Position numbers and translations under genes: made by a program. The notes below the pieces were generated by a model that worked only from the letters and a program-made list of their open reading frames with translations, had not been told where the DNA came from and ran no database searches. Below are positions 1 to 12,431 of a DNA stretch of 64,000 bases, piece by piece. This DNA is from Clostridia bacterium (GTDB taxonomy: Bacteria > Bacillota > Clostridia > UBA1212 > DUPL01). Each line of letters starts with the position of its first letter. Positions within the stretch are counted from its first letter, which is position 1. Where the stretch lies: the NCBI GenBank assembly GCA_050951325.1, contig JBMNIW010000008.1:96266-160265 (forward strand), given 5' to 3'.

Positions 1-1
1 C

Positions 2-1543
2 GACAGAATAAGACACATCATAACTGCACATGAACAAGGAGCAGCCCATGCTGCGGATGGTTATGCCCGAGTCACCGGTAAAGTTGGTGTATGCATTGCA
101 ACATCCGGTCCTGGCGCAACAAACCTTGTAACGGGAATAGCCAATGCGTATCTTGACTCAACTCCCCTGGTAGCTATAACAGGAAACGTTCCTCTTTCAC
201 TACTTGGGAGAGACAGCTTCCAGGAGGTAGACATTGCAGGCATCACAATGCCCATAACAAAACACAACTACATCGTCAAAGACGTAAGGGATTTGGCAAA
301 CGTCATAAGGGAAGCGTTCAAGATAGCCAAATCAGGCAGACCTGGTCCTGTTTTGATAGATATACCAAGAGACGTTCAAGCAGCCTCCTGTGATTTCGAA
401 AGGGCTGATGTTGTAAACAAATTCCCCTACCCTAAGACAAACAAACAGTCTGTGGAAGAAGCGGTGGAACTTATCAATAGCAGCAAAAGACCATATATCT
501 ACAGTGGCGGAGGCGTTGTACTCGCAGATGCAGGAGAAACGGTTCTTGAGCTGGCAAAGAAGATAGACGCACCTATTGGCTGCAGCATGATGGGGCTATC
601 CGCAATATCAGCTGACTACAAGGGAATGCTTGGCATGACGGGGATGCACGGTACTTACCACGCATCAAGAGCGAAGCAGGAAGCTGACCTCATAATCGCT
701 GTTGGTGTAAGATTCAGCGACAGAGCGACAGGAAACATATCCAAGTATTCAAAGAATGCGAAGATAATCCACATTGATGTTGACAGCGCAGAGATAGACA
801 AGAACGTAACAACTTACCTGGGTATACTTGGCAACCTAAATGATGTGGTGAAAGCAATAACCGATAAAGTGGAGCAAAGACAGAATCCGGAGTGGTTTGC
901 TGAGATTGAAAAAATGAAAGAGCATGCCAAAACGCCCGACGACTACAAAACTAAACTGGTGCCTAGAACAATAATAGAAAAGGTTCAGGAATACACAACC
1001 CCTGATACCGTTGTAGCAACCGACGTTGGACAGCACCAGATGTGGACTGCACAGTACTACAAATTCAGAAATCCACGCACGTTTGCAACCTCAGGCGGAC
1101 TTGGAACCATGGGATTCGGAATGGGAGCTGCAATAGGCAGCTGCATAGGAAGAGGCGAAAAGAAAACAGTTCTATTCACCGGTGACGGAAGCTTTGGCAT
1201 GAACCTTAACGAACTTGCCACGGCAACGAGCTACAACCTCCCCCTTGTAATAGTGGTTATGAACAACAAGGTACTGGGAATGGTTAGACAATGGCAGAGT
1301 CTGTTCTATGGAAAAAGATATTCCAACACCACACTGAACAGAAAGACCGACTTTGTCAAACTGGCAGAAGCCTTCGGCGCAACCGGCTTACGTGCAACCA
1401 CTGTGGAAGAACTGGACAAAGCCCTTGAGACAGCCTTTGAGATAGATACACCTGTGCTTATCGATTGTCACATTGAAATGGACGAAATGGTACTGCCCAT
1501 GATACCACCAGGTGGATCAATAGACGACATAATTATTAAGTGA
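2..1543 (+). CDS. ilvB: acetolactate synthase large subunit, 5'-truncated by window edge
   Basis: Open frame from window edge; translation (…GAAHAADGYARVTGKVGVCIATSGPGATNLVTGIANAYLDS…DGSFGMN…) is the TPP-enzyme acetohydroxyacid synthase catalytic subunit; followed by ilvN. Confidence 0.9.
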   Translation, partial: DRIRHIITAHEQGAAHAADGYARVTGKVGVCIATSGPGATNLVTGIANAYLDSTPLVAITGNVPLSLLGRDSFQEVDIAGITMPITKHNYIVKDVRDLANVIREAFKIAKSGRPGPVLIDIPRDVQAASCDFERADVVNKFPYPKTNKQSVEEAVELINSSKRPYIYSGGGVVLADAGETVLELAKKIDAPIGCSMMGLSAISADYKGMLGMTGMHGTYHASRAKQEADLIIAVGVRFSDRATGNISKYSKNAKIIHIDVDSAEIDKNVTTYLGILGNLNDVVKAITDKVEQRQNPEWFAEIEKMKEHAKTPDDYKTKLVPRTIIEKVQEYTTPDTVVATDVGQHQMWTAQYYKFRNPRTFATSGGLGTMGFGMGAAIGSCIGRGEKKTVLFTGDGSFGMNLNELATATSYNLPLVIVVMNNKVLGMVRQWQSLFYGKRYSNTTLNRKTDFVKLAEAFGATGLRATTVEELDKALETAFEIDTPVLIDCHIEMDEMVLPMIPPGGSIDDIIIK

Positions 1544-1557
1544 ATGGAGTGAAATTC

Positions 1558-2076
1558 ATGAAAAAAGACCAGTTTATACTCAGCGCTATTGTAAACAACC
1601 ATTTTGGTGTATTGACAAGGGTTTCCGGTCTCTTTGCCCGCAGAGGCTACAACATAGACAGCTTGAACGTAGGAGTTACTGAAAACCCTAAATATTCAAG
1701 AATGACCATAATTGTTACAGGCGACGAATACGTCAAGGAGCAGATAGTAAGGCAGCTGGCAAAGCTCCATGATGTAAAGAAGGTACAGATAATGCCTGAT
1801 GACAATACTGTTAAAAGAGAACACCTGCTGATAAAAATAAAGGCGAGCAGTGAAAGAAGAGCGGAAATAAACACTGCGGTAAGTATTTTCAGAGGCCAGG
1901 TGGTAGACTTTCACACAGACTCAATGACAGTTGAGATGACAGGTGAACCCTCCAAGGTTGACGCATTCATCAACTATTGTGAGGATTTCGGGATTTTGGA
2001 ATTATGCCGCTCAGGTGCCCTTGCTGTAATACGAGGCGAGGAAAGTTTGAGCATAGATGAAGAGGACAATGAATAA
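1558..2076 (+). CDS. ilvN: acetolactate synthase small (regulatory, ACT-domain) subunit
   Basis: MKKDQFILSAIVNNHFGVLTRVSGLFARRGYNIDSL… typical IlvN/IlvH; ATG at 1558 has GGAG 8 nt upstream (alternative GTG at 1540 overlapping ilvB stop). Confidence 0.85.
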   Translation: MKKDQFILSAIVNNHFGVLTRVSGLFARRGYNIDSLNVGVTENPKYSRMTIIVTGDEYVKEQIVRQLAKLHDVKKVQIMPDDNTVKREHLLIKIKASSERRAEINTAVSIFRGQVVDFHTDSMTVEMTGEPSKVDAFINYCEDFGILELCRSGALAVIRGEESLSIDEEDNE

Positions 2077-2101
2077 ACAATAATAAATATGGAAGGGGTA
2101 A

Positions 2102-3097
<996 letters not shown>

Positions 3098-3109
3098 GGG
3101 GAAATAAAA

Positions 3110-4762
3110 ATGAGAAGCGATAATATAACCAAAGGAGTAGAAAAAGCACCTCAACGTGCCCTACTCAAGGCTATGGGTTATACCGACAGCCAACTAAAAA
3201 AACCATATATAGGAATAGTTAATTCTTTCAATGAAACAGTTCCTGGACACATACATCTTCCCCAGATAGCACGTGCAGTTAAGGACGGCGTGCTGTCTGC
3301 GGGAGGCACCCCCTCCGAGTTCAATGTTATTGCGGTATGTGATGGCCTTGCCATGGGACACGAAGGTATGAAATATTCCCTTTGCTCAAGGGAACTGATT
3401 GCAGACAGCATCGAATGCATGGTAAATGCCCACTGCTACGATGCACTGGTCTTCATTCCAAACTGTGACAAGATAGTCCCCGGCATGATGATGGCAGCCG
3501 CAAGACTCAACATTCCCTCAATCTTCGTATCAGGAGGACCAATGCTTTCACTGGATGGCTATGACCTTAACAGCTCGTTCGAGGCAGTGGGTGCGTATAT
3601 GAACAAATCAATTACTGAACAGGAACTCATAGATATTGAGAACAAGAGCTGTCCCGGATGCGGATCCTGCTCCGGAATGTTTACAGCAAACTCAATGAAC
3701 TGCCTGTCAGAGGCATTGGGAATGGCTCTCTCAGGTAATGGAACAATTCCTGCAGTTTATTCAGAAAGATTGAGACTTGCAAAGAAAGCCGGAGAACAGA
3801 TTATGGAGATGTTTGAAAAAGATATAAAGCCAAGAGACATCCTCACAAAGGACGCCTTACACAACGCACTAAGGCTGGATATGGCTTTAGGATGTTCGAC
3901 AAACTCCGTGCTTCACCTGCTTGCAATAGCAAACGAAGCTGGAGTTGAACTAAATCTCAACATGATAAACGAAATAAGCGCATCAACTCCAAATCTGTGC
4001 AAACTGGCACCGGCAGGTCCTCACCACATGCAGGATTTATACAATGCAGGCGGCGTATACAGAGTGCTGACAGAACTGAGAAAAGCCAATCTGTTAAAAG
4101 AAAACGCTCTTACCGTTACAGGAAAGACAATGGGTGAAAATCTGGACAATGAAGTATATAGAGTATCTGACAACACAGTCATAAGACCTATTGACAATCC
4201 CCACTCCAAAACGGGCGGCATTGCAGTTCTCTTTGGCAATCTTGCACCTAATGGTGCGGTGGTAAAAAGAAGTGCCGTAGCAGAAGAAATGCTAACCCAC
4301 AGAGGAAAAGCAAAAGTGTTTGACAGTGAGGAAGAAGCAATCCAGGCAATATTTGCAGGCCAGATCAACAAGGGCGATGTCGTTGTAATTAGATATGAAG
4401 GCCCTGCAGGCGGTCCCGGTATGAGGGAAATGCTCTCCCCTACTTCAGCAATCGCAGGAATGGGGCTTGACAAGGATGTTGCTTTGATTACTGACGGACG
4501 CTTCTCCGGTGCAACAAGAGGTGCGGCGATAGGACATATCTCTCCAGAAGCAGCCAGCGGAGGACCTATTGCATATGTAAAAGAAGGCGACACAATCGTT
4601 ATTGACATACCCAATTACAGACTTGATTTGGATGTAAGTGAAGAAGAAATGGAAAAACGCAAAAAAGAGATGCAAGTTAAGAAGAAGACTGATTTGACAG
4701 GATATCTGGCAAGGTATGCAAGAAGCGTGTCATCTGCCGACAAAGGAGCAATAGTAACATAA
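3110..4762 (+). CDS. ilvD: dihydroxy-acid dehydratase
   Basis: 550 aa; ILVD/EDD family motifs ([45 protein letters not shown]). Confidence 0.95.
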   Translation: MRSDNITKGVEKAPQRALLKAMGYTDSQLKKPYIGIVNSFNETVPGHIHLPQIARAVKDGVLSAGGTPSEFNVIAVCDGLAMGHEGMKYSLCSRELIADSIECMVNAHCYDALVFIPNCDKIVPGMMMAAARLNIPSIFVSGGPMLSLDGYDLNSSFEAVGAYMNKSITEQELIDIENKSCPGCGSCSGMFTANSMNCLSEALGMALSGNGTIPAVYSERLRLAKKAGEQIMEMFEKDIKPRDILTKDALHNALRLDMALGCSTNSVLHLLAIANEAGVELNLNMINEISASTPNLCKLAPAGPHHMQDLYNAGGVYRVLTELRKANLLKENALTVTGKTMGENLDNEVYRVSDNTVIRPIDNPHSKTGGIAVLFGNLAPNGAVVKRSAVAEEMLTHRGKAKVFDSEEEAIQAIFAGQINKGDVVVIRYEGPAGGPGMREMLSPTSAIAGMGLDKDVALITDGRFSGATRGAAIGHISPEAASGGPIAYVKEGDTIVIDIPNYRLDLDVSEEEMEKRKKEMQVKKKTDLTGYLARYARSVSSADKGAIVT

Positions 4763-4777
4763 AAGGAGGGTATTAGA

Positions 4778-6283
4778 GTGGATAGGCGCATAAAAATATT
4801 TGATACAACCTTGAGAGACGGCGAACAGGCACCAGGGTGCAGTATGAACCTTAGTGAGAAAATAGAGATAGCACGGCAACTTGAACTCCTTGGTGTTGAC
4901 GTAATAGAAGCTGGCTTTGCCATTGCTTCACCCGGCGACTTCGAGTCGGTTCAAACAATTGCAAAAACTCTTAAAAACTGCACTGTTGCCAGTCTGGCAA
5001 GATGCACATATAAAGATATTGAAACTGCATACAACGCAGTAAAGGAGGCACAGAGCCCCAGGATACATACCTTCCTGGCCACCTCCCCCATTCATATGAA
5101 GTATAAGCTGAAAATGAGTCCAGACGAGGTTTTAGAAAGAATCGATGACTGCGTGAGATATGCAAAAGACTTTTGCTCTGACGTGGAGTTCTCTGCAGAA
5201 GATGCCACAAGAAGCGAAAAAGAGTTTCTTGCAAAAGCAATCCATACTGCCATCAAAGCTGGTGCAACTGTTGTAAACATTCCTGACACAACAGGATATA
5301 CGACTCCATTCGAAATGTATGAGCTGATACATTACCTTATGGAAAACGTGCCTGGCATTGAAAACGTGGATGTTTCGCTGCACTGCCACAACGACCTTGG
5401 CATGGCTGTATCCAACAGCATTGCAGGTATAAAGGCAGGAGCAACCCAGGTTGAATGTACAATAAACGGCCTTGGCGAGCGTGCAGGCAATGCGGCTCTT
5501 GAGGAGATTGTAATGGCCATCAAGACAAGAAAAGACTCGCTAGGATGCTATACCAATATAAATACAAAACAGATAAACAGAACCAGCAAACTTGTCTACA
5601 ACATAATTGGTCAAAGCGTGCCTCTCAACAAGCCAATTGTCGGGCAGAACGCCTTCAGCCACGAATCCGGCATACACCAGCATGGAGTGCTTGCTGAGAA
5701 ATCCACTTATGAAATAATGAACCCAGAGGATGTGGGCATCACCCAGTCCAAGCTGGTTTTAGGAAAACACTCCGGAAGGCATGCTGTGGAGGACCGCTTG
5801 AAGCAGATGGGCTACAATCTCACCCAGGAAGAGCTCAATGAGTACTTTGAAAGGTTTAAGAAACTGTGCGATAAAAAGAAATACATTACCGACAGGGATC
5901 TTGAAGCTTTGATATACAACAAGGTGCGTACGGACGAAACAATTCAGCTCGAATACTTCGATGTCCACACCAACAACCAGTTCTCAACCTGCTTCATAAG
6001 ACTAAAGAAGGAAGGCATCGTGTACGAGGAAGTGTCAATTGGAGACGGTCCCATCAATGCGGCATACAACGCAATTGATAAGATAACTGGCAAGATATGC
6101 GACTCATTGGAGAACTACTCCATTCATTCCGTCTCCGATGGAAAAGACGCCCTTGGCGAGGTTACAGTAAAACTAAGAATGAAGGATCATGTGGTAACCG
6201 GAAGAGGTTTGTCAACAGACATTATTGAATCCAGTATTCTTGCTTACTTAAACGGAGTAAACAAACTATACGACTTGAAATAG
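4778..6283 (+). CDS. leuA: 2-isopropylmalate synthase
   Basis: 501 aa; FDTTLRDGEQAPG DRE-TIM HMGL-like N-terminus plus C-terminal LeuA regulatory domain; GTG start with AAAGGAGGG RBS. Confidence 0.85.
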   Translation: MDRRIKIFDTTLRDGEQAPGCSMNLSEKIEIARQLELLGVDVIEAGFAIASPGDFESVQTIAKTLKNCTVASLARCTYKDIETAYNAVKEAQSPRIHTFLATSPIHMKYKLKMSPDEVLERIDDCVRYAKDFCSDVEFSAEDATRSEKEFLAKAIHTAIKAGATVVNIPDTTGYTTPFEMYELIHYLMENVPGIENVDVSLHCHNDLGMAVSNSIAGIKAGATQVECTINGLGERAGNAALEEIVMAIKTRKDSLGCYTNINTKQINRTSKLVYNIIGQSVPLNKPIVGQNAFSHESGIHQHGVLAEKSTYEIMNPEDVGITQSKLVLGKHSGRHAVEDRLKQMGYNLTQEELNEYFERFKKLCDKKKYITDRDLEALIYNKVRTDETIQLEYFDVHTNNQFSTCFIRLKKEGIVYEEVSIGDGPINAAYNAIDKITGKICDSLENYSIHSVSDGKDALGEVTVKLRMKDHVVTGRGLSTDIIESSILAYLNGVNKLYDLK

Positions 6284-6293
6284 AGGTAGCTAT

Positions 6294-7913
6294 ATGGATA
6301 AAGTGTATGTGGAAATACTTGACTCAACGCTGCGTGACGGCGCACAGGGAGAAGGAATTTCCTTTTCAGTAAGTGACAAACTGAATATTGTGAAGGCATT
6401 GGACGCCTACGGTGTGGATTACATCGAAGCAGGCAATCCAGGTTCTAATCCAAAGGATTTGGAGTTCTTTGATAAAGTCTCCAAACTAAACCTCAAGAAC
6501 TCCAAACTCTGTGCCTTTGGAGCAACCAGACGCAAAGGAATAAGACCAGAGGAGGACGTAAACATCCAGTCCCTCCTCAAAGCGAACACTCCCGTGGTTG
6601 TAATCTTCGGCAAGTCTTGGGACCTGCATGTAGAAGAAATATTAAAAGCAACCCTTGAGGAAAACCTGGAGATTGTCAAGGATACTGTCGAATATTTGAA
6701 GTCAAAGGGCAAGGAAGTTTTCTTTGATGCAGAACACTTCTTTGACGGATACAGAGCAAACCCAGACTATGCCTTGGCTGTTCTAAAAGCGGCCTTGGAT
6801 GGAGGTGCGGACCTCCTCTGCCTTTGTGATACAAACGGCGGCTGCATGCCCGACTATGTTTATGGTGTCACAAAGAAAGTGAAGGAAACCTTTAAAAATG
6901 CACGTATTGGAATCCACTGCCACAACGACGCAGGTTGTGCCACTGCCAACACAATGCTGGCAGTAAAAGCAGGTGCAACCCATGTCCAAGGCACCTTTAT
7001 TGGGTTTGGTGAAAGATGTGGCAACGCAGACCTAAGCATAATCATACCAAACCTGAAATTAAAATATAACTATGAGTGCAGTGGAAAGCTTGACATGCTT
7101 TACACCATCTCAAGAAGCATAGCTGAAATATCAAACGTGCAAATAGACAGCAACAGGCCTTTCATTGGCTCAAGCGCATTTGCACACAAGGCAGGTATGC
7201 ACATAGACGGGGTATTGAAAATGCCCATGTCTTTTGAGCATATAGATCCACAAGCTGTAGGGAACAAAAGAAAGTTCCTGGCCTCCGAGGTCTCGGGAAG
7301 AGGAGCTATAATTGAAAAGGTTAAAAGCATCTGTCCACACCTGACAAAAGATTGTCCTGAGACCTCCCTTATACTAGAAAAACTGAAAGAGATGGAGCAC
7401 TTTGGCTATCAGTTTGAAGCAGCTGACGCCAGCTTCGAGCTTATGGTAAAGAGGCTTTTAGGTAGTCACAAGTCCCACTTTACCCTTGACTTCTATAAAA
7501 CCATTGGAGAGTTCCCTGCTCCAAATGGCGAAATGCAGTCCTCTGCAACCATAAGGGTAACCGTGGACGGCCAGGAGGAAATGACAGCCTCTATGGGCAA
7601 AGGTCCGGTTCATGCCCTGGATCAGGCTTTAAGAAAAGCCTTGAGTGTATTCTTCCCCGTCATAAAGACTATAAGACTTACAGACTACAAAGTGCGTGTA
7701 CTGGATCAGGAAATGGCCACTGCGGCAAAAGTACGCGTTTTGATTGAGAGCACCGACAACAAACAGACATGGACCTGTGTTGGTGTATCAAATGACATAA
7801 TAGAGGCAAGCTTGATTGCCCTGATAGACTCAATAGAATACAAATTATCATTATGTGAAGAGGAGGAAATAAAGAATGTCTGCAATGACGATGACTCAGA
7901 AAATATTGGCTAA
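6294..7913 (+). CDS. cimA: (R)-citramalate synthase (IPMS/homocitrate synthase family paralog)
   Basis: 539 aa; [17 protein letters not shown]… NPGSNPKD pattern typical of CimA-type paralogs in ilv-leu operons of anaerobes; substrate assignment is by family resemblance only. Confidence 0.65.
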   Translation: MDKVYVEILDSTLRDGAQGEGISFSVSDKLNIVKALDAYGVDYIEAGNPGSNPKDLEFFDKVSKLNLKNSKLCAFGATRRKGIRPEEDVNIQSLLKANTPVVVIFGKSWDLHVEEILKATLEENLEIVKDTVEYLKSKGKEVFFDAEHFFDGYRANPDYALAVLKAALDGGADLLCLCDTNGGCMPDYVYGVTKKVKETFKNARIGIHCHNDAGCATANTMLAVKAGATHVQGTFIGFGERCGNADLSIIIPNLKLKYNYECSGKLDMLYTISRSIAEISNVQIDSNRPFIGSSAFAHKAGMHIDGVLKMPMSFEHIDPQAVGNKRKFLASEVSGRGAIIEKVKSICPHLTKDCPETSLILEKLKEMEHFGYQFEAADASFELMVKRLLGSHKSHFTLDFYKTIGEFPAPNGEMQSSATIRVTVDGQEEMTASMGKGPVHALDQALRKALSVFFPVIKTIRLTDYKVRVLDQEMATAAKVRVLIESTDNKQTWTCVGVSNDIIEASLIALIDSIEYKLSLCEEEEIKNVCNDDDSENIG

Positions 7914-9144
7914 ACATGCAAATCTTGATTCAGTGACTGCAGGACAGCTTGTGCTTGTGGACGTGGATATGGTATTGGGAAATGACATTACATCTCCCGT
8001 TGCTATAAATGAATTCAACAAATTGAACCTGGACAAGGTTTTTGACAAGGAAAAAGTAGCGCTTGTTATGGACCACTTTACACCAAACAAGGATATAAAG
8101 GCGGCCGAACAGTGCAGGCAATGCCGTGAGTTTGCCATGGAAATGAACATCACCAATTACTTCGAAGGTGGTAATGTAGGTGTTGAACATGCCCTATTGC
8201 CTGAAAAAGGACTTGTTACCGCCGGTGACTTGGTAATAGGTGCGGACTCCCATACATGTACCTATGGAGCCCTTGGAGCCTTTGCTACTGGTGTAGGTTC
8301 AACTGATATGGCATGTGGCATGGCAACAGGCAAAGCCTGGTTCAAGGTTCCTTCTGCCATCAAGTTTGTACTGACAGGCAAACCAAGCAAGTACTTGATG
8401 GGCAAAGACATAATTCTTCACATAATTGGAATGATTGGTGTTGACGGTGCTTTGTACAGATCCATGGAATTTACAGGCGACGGTCTTAAGTATCTTTCAA
8501 TGAGCGAAAGACTGAGCATGGCAAACATGGCAATTGAAGCTGGTGCAAAGAACGGCATTTTCGAAGTGGACGAAACAACCCTTGAATTCCTCAAGGAAGT
8601 TGGAGCAAAAGAACCAGATGTATACAAGGCAGACGAAGATGCAGAATATGACGAGGTATATACAATAGATCTTTCAAAACTGGGACCTGTTGTGGCCTTC
8701 CCTCACCTGCCAGAAAACACAAAGACATTTGATCAGTTTGATGACATCAAGATTGATCAGGTTGTAATCGGCTCCTGCACAAATGGAAGACTTGAAGACT
8801 TGAAAGTTGCAGCAGAAGTATTAAAGGGAAGAAACGTTGCGAGTCACGTAAGAGCAATCATAATACCAGCAACACCAAAGATCTATCTCGAAGCCCTTGA
8901 AAAGGGTTACCTGAAGATATTCATGGATGCAGGATGCGTGGTCTCCGCTCCAACCTGCGGACCATGTCTTGGTGGACACATGGGAATCCTTGCAAAAGGA
9001 GAAAGAGCGGTTGCTACAACCAACAGGAACTTCGTAGGTAGAATGGGTCATGTTGAATCCGAAGTATATCTTGCAAGCCCTTATGTGGCTGCTGCCAGTG
9101 CTATCACAGGCAAGATATCTCATCCAAGAGAAGTAATGGAATAG
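7876..9144 (+). CDS. leuC: 3-isopropylmalate dehydratase large subunit
   Basis: 422 aa aconitase-family; cluster-ligand Cys motifs ([16 protein letters not shown]); overlaps cimA 3' end; strong RBS GAGGAGGAAA. Confidence 0.9.
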   Translation: MSAMTMTQKILAKHANLDSVTAGQLVLVDVDMVLGNDITSPVAINEFNKLNLDKVFDKEKVALVMDHFTPNKDIKAAEQCRQCREFAMEMNITNYFEGGNVGVEHALLPEKGLVTAGDLVIGADSHTCTYGALGAFATGVGSTDMACGMATGKAWFKVPSAIKFVLTGKPSKYLMGKDIILHIIGMIGVDGALYRSMEFTGDGLKYLSMSERLSMANMAIEAGAKNGIFEVDETTLEFLKEVGAKEPDVYKADEDAEYDEVYTIDLSKLGPVVAFPHLPENTKTFDQFDDIKIDQVVIGSCTNGRLEDLKVAAEVLKGRNVASHVRAIIIPATPKIYLEALEKGYLKIFMDAGCVVSAPTCGPCLGGHMGILAKGERAVATTNRNFVGRMGHVESEVYLASPYVAAASAITGKISHPREVME

Positions 9145-9160
9145 GAAGGAGAGACGAACA

Positions 9161-9658
9161 ATGAATGCTTACGGTAAAGTTATAAAATACGGCGACAATG
9201 TGGATACCGACGTCATTATCCCTGCAAGATACCTTAACACTACTGACAAAAAGGAACTTGCCTCCCACTGCATGGAAGACATTGATCCTGATTTCAAGAA
9301 CAAGGTAGAACCAGGAGACATAATTGTTGCAGGAAGAAACTTTGGATGCGGTTCTTCAAGAGAACATGCCCCAATTGTAATAAAAGAAAGTGGCATTTCA
9401 CTGGTAATTGCAAAAAGCTTTGCCCGCATTTTCTACAGAAATGCAATAAATATCGGGCTTGCAATTATTGAATGTCCGGAATGCATTGATGAAATGGACG
9501 AAGGTGACAAGGTACGTGTCGATTTTGACAAAGGTGAAATCGTCAACGAAACCAAGAACAAAACTTATAAAGCATCTCCCTTCCCTCCTTTTATCCAGAC
9601 CATTATACAAAATGGCGGACTAATAAACTCAATTAAGAACAATGCCTTTGGAGGTTAA
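9161..9658 (+). CDS. leuD: 3-isopropylmalate dehydratase small subunit
   Basis: 165 aa aconitase swivel domain ([14 protein letters not shown]). Confidence 0.9.
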   Translation: MNAYGKVIKYGDNVDTDVIIPARYLNTTDKKELASHCMEDIDPDFKNKVEPGDIIVAGRNFGCGSSREHAPIVIKESGISLVIAKSFARIFYRNAINIGLAIIECPECIDEMDEGDKVRVDFDKGEIVNETKNKTYKASPFPPFIQTIIQNGGLINSIKNNAFGG

Positions 9659-9659
9659 C

Positions 9660-10709
9660 ATGGACTTTAGAATTGCATTGATAAAAGGTGACGGCATAGG
9701 TCCTGAAATTGTGGACAGTGCCACCAAAGTACTCGACAAAATCGGCGAAAAGTTTAATCATAAATTCAACTACGTTGATCTTATTGCAGGAGGAGTTGCC
9801 ATAGATAAATATGGCCACCCTCTTCCTGAGGAAACTGTAAAAGAGTGCCTGAAAAGCGACAGCGTTATTCTAGGAGCTGTAGGTGGCCCTAAATGGGACA
9901 ACCTCCCAGGTGAATTAAGACCGGAAAGAGCTCTTCTGGGAGTAAGGAAAGCTTTAAACCTCTACTCCAACCTAAGACCAGCAAAGCTCTACAAGGCTCT
10001 TCAACAGTACTGCCCTCTTAGAACCGCATCAAGCTTTGACATACTAATTGTCAGAGAACTTACAGGCGGCATCTATTTTGGTGAAAGAGGAAGAAGAAAT
10101 ACCGAAAATGGAGTTGAAGCCTACGACACTGAGAGTTACAGTGTAATGGAGATTGAGAGAATAGGAAGAGTTGCTTTTGAAGCTGCAAGAAAAAGAAACA
10201 GAAAACTTACAAGCATAGACAAGGCCAATGTGCTTGAAAGCTCCAGACTTTGGAGAGAAACAATGCACAAACTTAAAGAGGAATACAAGGATGTTGAATA
10301 CAGCGATATGCTGGTAGACAACGCAGCAATGCAGCTTATTCGCGACCCATCCCAGTTTGATGTAATAGTTACCTCCAATATGTTTGGAGACATTCTATCC
10401 GATGAAGCTTCACAGCTTACAGGCTCAATTGGAATGCTTCCATCAGCATCTCTTGGAGAGGGAACACTAGGCCTGTATGAGCCAATACACGGTTCTGCTC
10501 CAGACATTGCAGGCACAAAGAAGGCAAATCCAATTGCCACAATTCTTTCAGCCAGCATGATGCTTAGATACTCTTTCAACCTTATCGAGGAAGCAGACGC
10601 CATAGACAATGCGGTGGAAAAAGCCCTTGATATAGGCTACACCACCAGCGACATAGGCGGCAATCTGAATACAGATGAGGTAACTCAAAAAATAATTGAA
10701 CTTATATAA
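9660..10709 (+). CDS. leuB: 3-isopropylmalate dehydrogenase
   Basis: [14 protein letters not shown]… isocitrate/isopropylmalate dehydrogenase family; ATG at 9660 preceded by GGAGG (longer ORF from 9642 overlaps leuD). Confidence 0.9.
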   Translation: MDFRIALIKGDGIGPEIVDSATKVLDKIGEKFNHKFNYVDLIAGGVAIDKYGHPLPEETVKECLKSDSVILGAVGGPKWDNLPGELRPERALLGVRKALNLYSNLRPAKLYKALQQYCPLRTASSFDILIVRELTGGIYFGERGRRNTENGVEAYDTESYSVMEIERIGRVAFEAARKRNRKLTSIDKANVLESSRLWRETMHKLKEEYKDVEYSDMLVDNAAMQLIRDPSQFDVIVTSNMFGDILSDEASQLTGSIGMLPSASLGEGTLGLYEPIHGSAPDIAGTKKANPIATILSASMMLRYSFNLIEEADAIDNAVEKALDIGYTTSDIGGNLNTDEVTQKIIELI

Positions 10710-10712
10710 CCC

Positions 10713-10742
10713 AAAAGACCGGAACCCATCCGGTCTTTTTTA
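10713..10742 (+). terminator. rho-independent terminator of ilv-leu operon
   Basis: AAGACCGG-aacccat-CCGGTCTT hairpin followed by TTTTT. Confidence 0.75.
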
Positions 10743-10902
10743 GTATGTTGAATCTGCCATTGTTGTCGGACACTATTTCCCGTTCATATTATCTAAGCCA
10801 CCTCTTTATAAAATTGTATTTCTTCCCATTTCAAACATAGTCCAAAGTCAACCAATATAAAAAAGCACGGTCACTTCAACCATGCTGTTTTCTTTCCTTT
10901 TA

Positions 10903-11292
10903 TTAGTTTTTATGTTTATCCAGAAAATCCTTTATCTTCTGTATTGCTTCCCTGCTTATAACGTGTTCTATGGCGCAAGCATCTTCATTTGCTGTTTCAT
11001 CATCAACACCAAGGACATCCGTAAAAAGCTTCTTAATTACTTCATGCCTACTGGTTAAAAGCTTTGCTGTTTCAATACCGTTCTCTGTAAGGAAAACATC
11101 CTGATATTTTTCACTCTTTACATAACCTGCATTGACAAGAACACTAATTGCATTGTTTACGCTTGCTTTTGACACATTTAACTTTGCCGCGATATCGCTT
11201 AAACGAACTCCTGAGTGCTCATCATTGTTGTTGACAGCAATTTCGTATATGGTTTCAAGGTAATTTTGCATTGCAATAGTAAGCTTTTCCAT
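10903..11292 (-). CDS. DtxR/MntR-family metal-dependent transcriptional regulator (short form, no SH3 domain)
   Basis: 129 aa; winged-HTH (RLSDIAAKLNVSKASVNNAISVL) plus dimerisation helix with His/Glu positions (TSRHEV…, AIEHVIS) aligning with MntR metal ligands. Confidence 0.7.
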   Translation of the reverse strand: MEKLTIAMQNYLETIYEIAVNNNDEHSGVRLSDIAAKLNVSKASVNNAISVLVNAGYVKSEKYQDVFLTENGIETAKLLTSRHEVIKKLFTDVLGVDDETANEDACAIEHVISREAIQKIKDFLDKHKN

Positions 11293-11300
11293 TTCTCCTC

Positions 11301-12203
11301 CTAATGAAATACAAGTTTTCCAACCACATGAGAAACAGGAATAAGGCCTTCATGTCTTGAATCGCGACTTACATTCCTGTTGTCCCCCATTACGTAAATA
11401 TAACCTTCCTCGACTGTAACTGTTACACCATTAGGGTATGTAAACACATCCTGGGTGTAGATATAGTCTTCCTTGAGTTTTTGTCCGTTTCTGTAAATCG
11501 CGTTGTCCTTGAACTCAATAACGTCCCCTTCTACACCAATTACCCTCTTTATCCAAAACACATCGACTTCGTATTCAAACAAATCTTTTGTAAGCAAGTT
11601 GTATTTTAGAGTCTCCGCAACGGATTTCACAAAAGTTCTTTCTTCTTTAATATTACTGTCTATTACAACAATATCGCCAAATTTAACATCGCCAAAAACG
11701 TAAGGAAGTCTTGATATATATACTGTTTCATTATCAACTAAAGTGGGAACCATTGAATCTCCGGAAACCTTGCTGGGTCTTAGAACATACATATTGATTA
11801 AAAGTGCCAGAACAAAAGCGAACGTTATGGTAAATATCCAACTAAATATTTTTCTTGTAACCTTCTTGATTATAACTGAGCCGTTGTTGAAACTGTCCTT
11901 TTCCTCAATTTCGACAACTTCAATGTCGTTATCGTCGTCTTCATCATTACTGATATCATCATAGTTATCTTCATTTACATCTTCTACAATGTATTCTTCC
12001 GGGTTGGAATCGAAAATCGGGGGAAAACTCATTTCCTTGTTTTCAGTAAATCCAAACTCTAGTAGTTCAATCGCCGATATTCTATTAGGCTCTTTCTGCT
12101 CACCAAATCTGAGCGACTCAAATTCAATATCATCCGTCGCCTTGCTGCGCAGATATTCATTCTTGTCATACACTGCCTTCAATTTGAATCTCATGCAATA
12201 CAC
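11301..12203 (-). CDS. lepB: signal peptidase I (S26) with long acidic N-terminal extension
   Basis: Catalytic Ser box SGDSMVPTL, box E GDNRNVSRDSR, single TM before catalytic domain; N-terminal 70-130 aa D/E-rich (start uncertain: GTG 12203, ATG 12194 or ATG 12032). Confidence 0.75.
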   Translation of the reverse strand: MYCMRFKLKAVYDKNEYLRSKATDDIEFESLRFGEQKEPNRISAIELLEFGFTENKEMSFPPIFDSNPEEYIVEDVNEDNYDDISNDEDDDNDIEVVEIEEKDSFNNGSVIIKKVTRKIFSWIFTITFAFVLALLINMYVLRPSKVSGDSMVPTLVDNETVYISRLPYVFGDVKFGDIVVIDSNIKEERTFVKSVAETLKYNLLTKDLFEYEVDVFWIKRVIGVEGDVIEFKDNAIYRNGQKLKEDYIYTQDVFTYPNGVTVTVEEGYIYVMGDNRNVSRDSRHEGLIPVSHVVGKLVFH

Positions 12204-12275
12204 CCAGCTTTAAAAAATGCCCTACACTTACCACAAGGCAGCATACGGCTAATCCTTTAATAAATATAAACGAGG

Positions 12276-12351
12276 TGGTGGGTTGTAAGGAACTCGAATC
12301 CCTGACCCCATGCACGTCAAGCATGTGCTCTACCAGCTGAGCTAACAACCC
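12276..12351 (-). tRNA. tRNA-Val (anticodon GAC)
   Basis: Reverse complement folds as cloverleaf: GGGTTGT acceptor, GCTCAGCTGGTAGAGC D-arm, anticodon loop TTGACGT, GGTTCGAGTCC-like T-arm (GGGATTCGAGTTCC), 3' CCA encoded. Confidence 0.85.
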
Positions 12352-12431
12352 ATGTACCTCGTACCGTTAAAGTATATACCTAAACTTATACCTTGTCAAT
12401 AATCAGATATTAAGAAATAAATAATATTTTC

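Noticed and set aside
61-1036. Antisense ORFs 61-267 and 836-1036 overlapping ilvB
   Set aside because: They lie opposite a strongly supported, conserved ALS coding frame. They are shadow ORFs with no RBS or recognisable product.
4021-4923. Antisense ORFs (197, 76, 102 aa) inside ilvD/leuA
   Set aside because: Opposite-strand shadows of GC-skewed coding sequence. Low-complexity translations.
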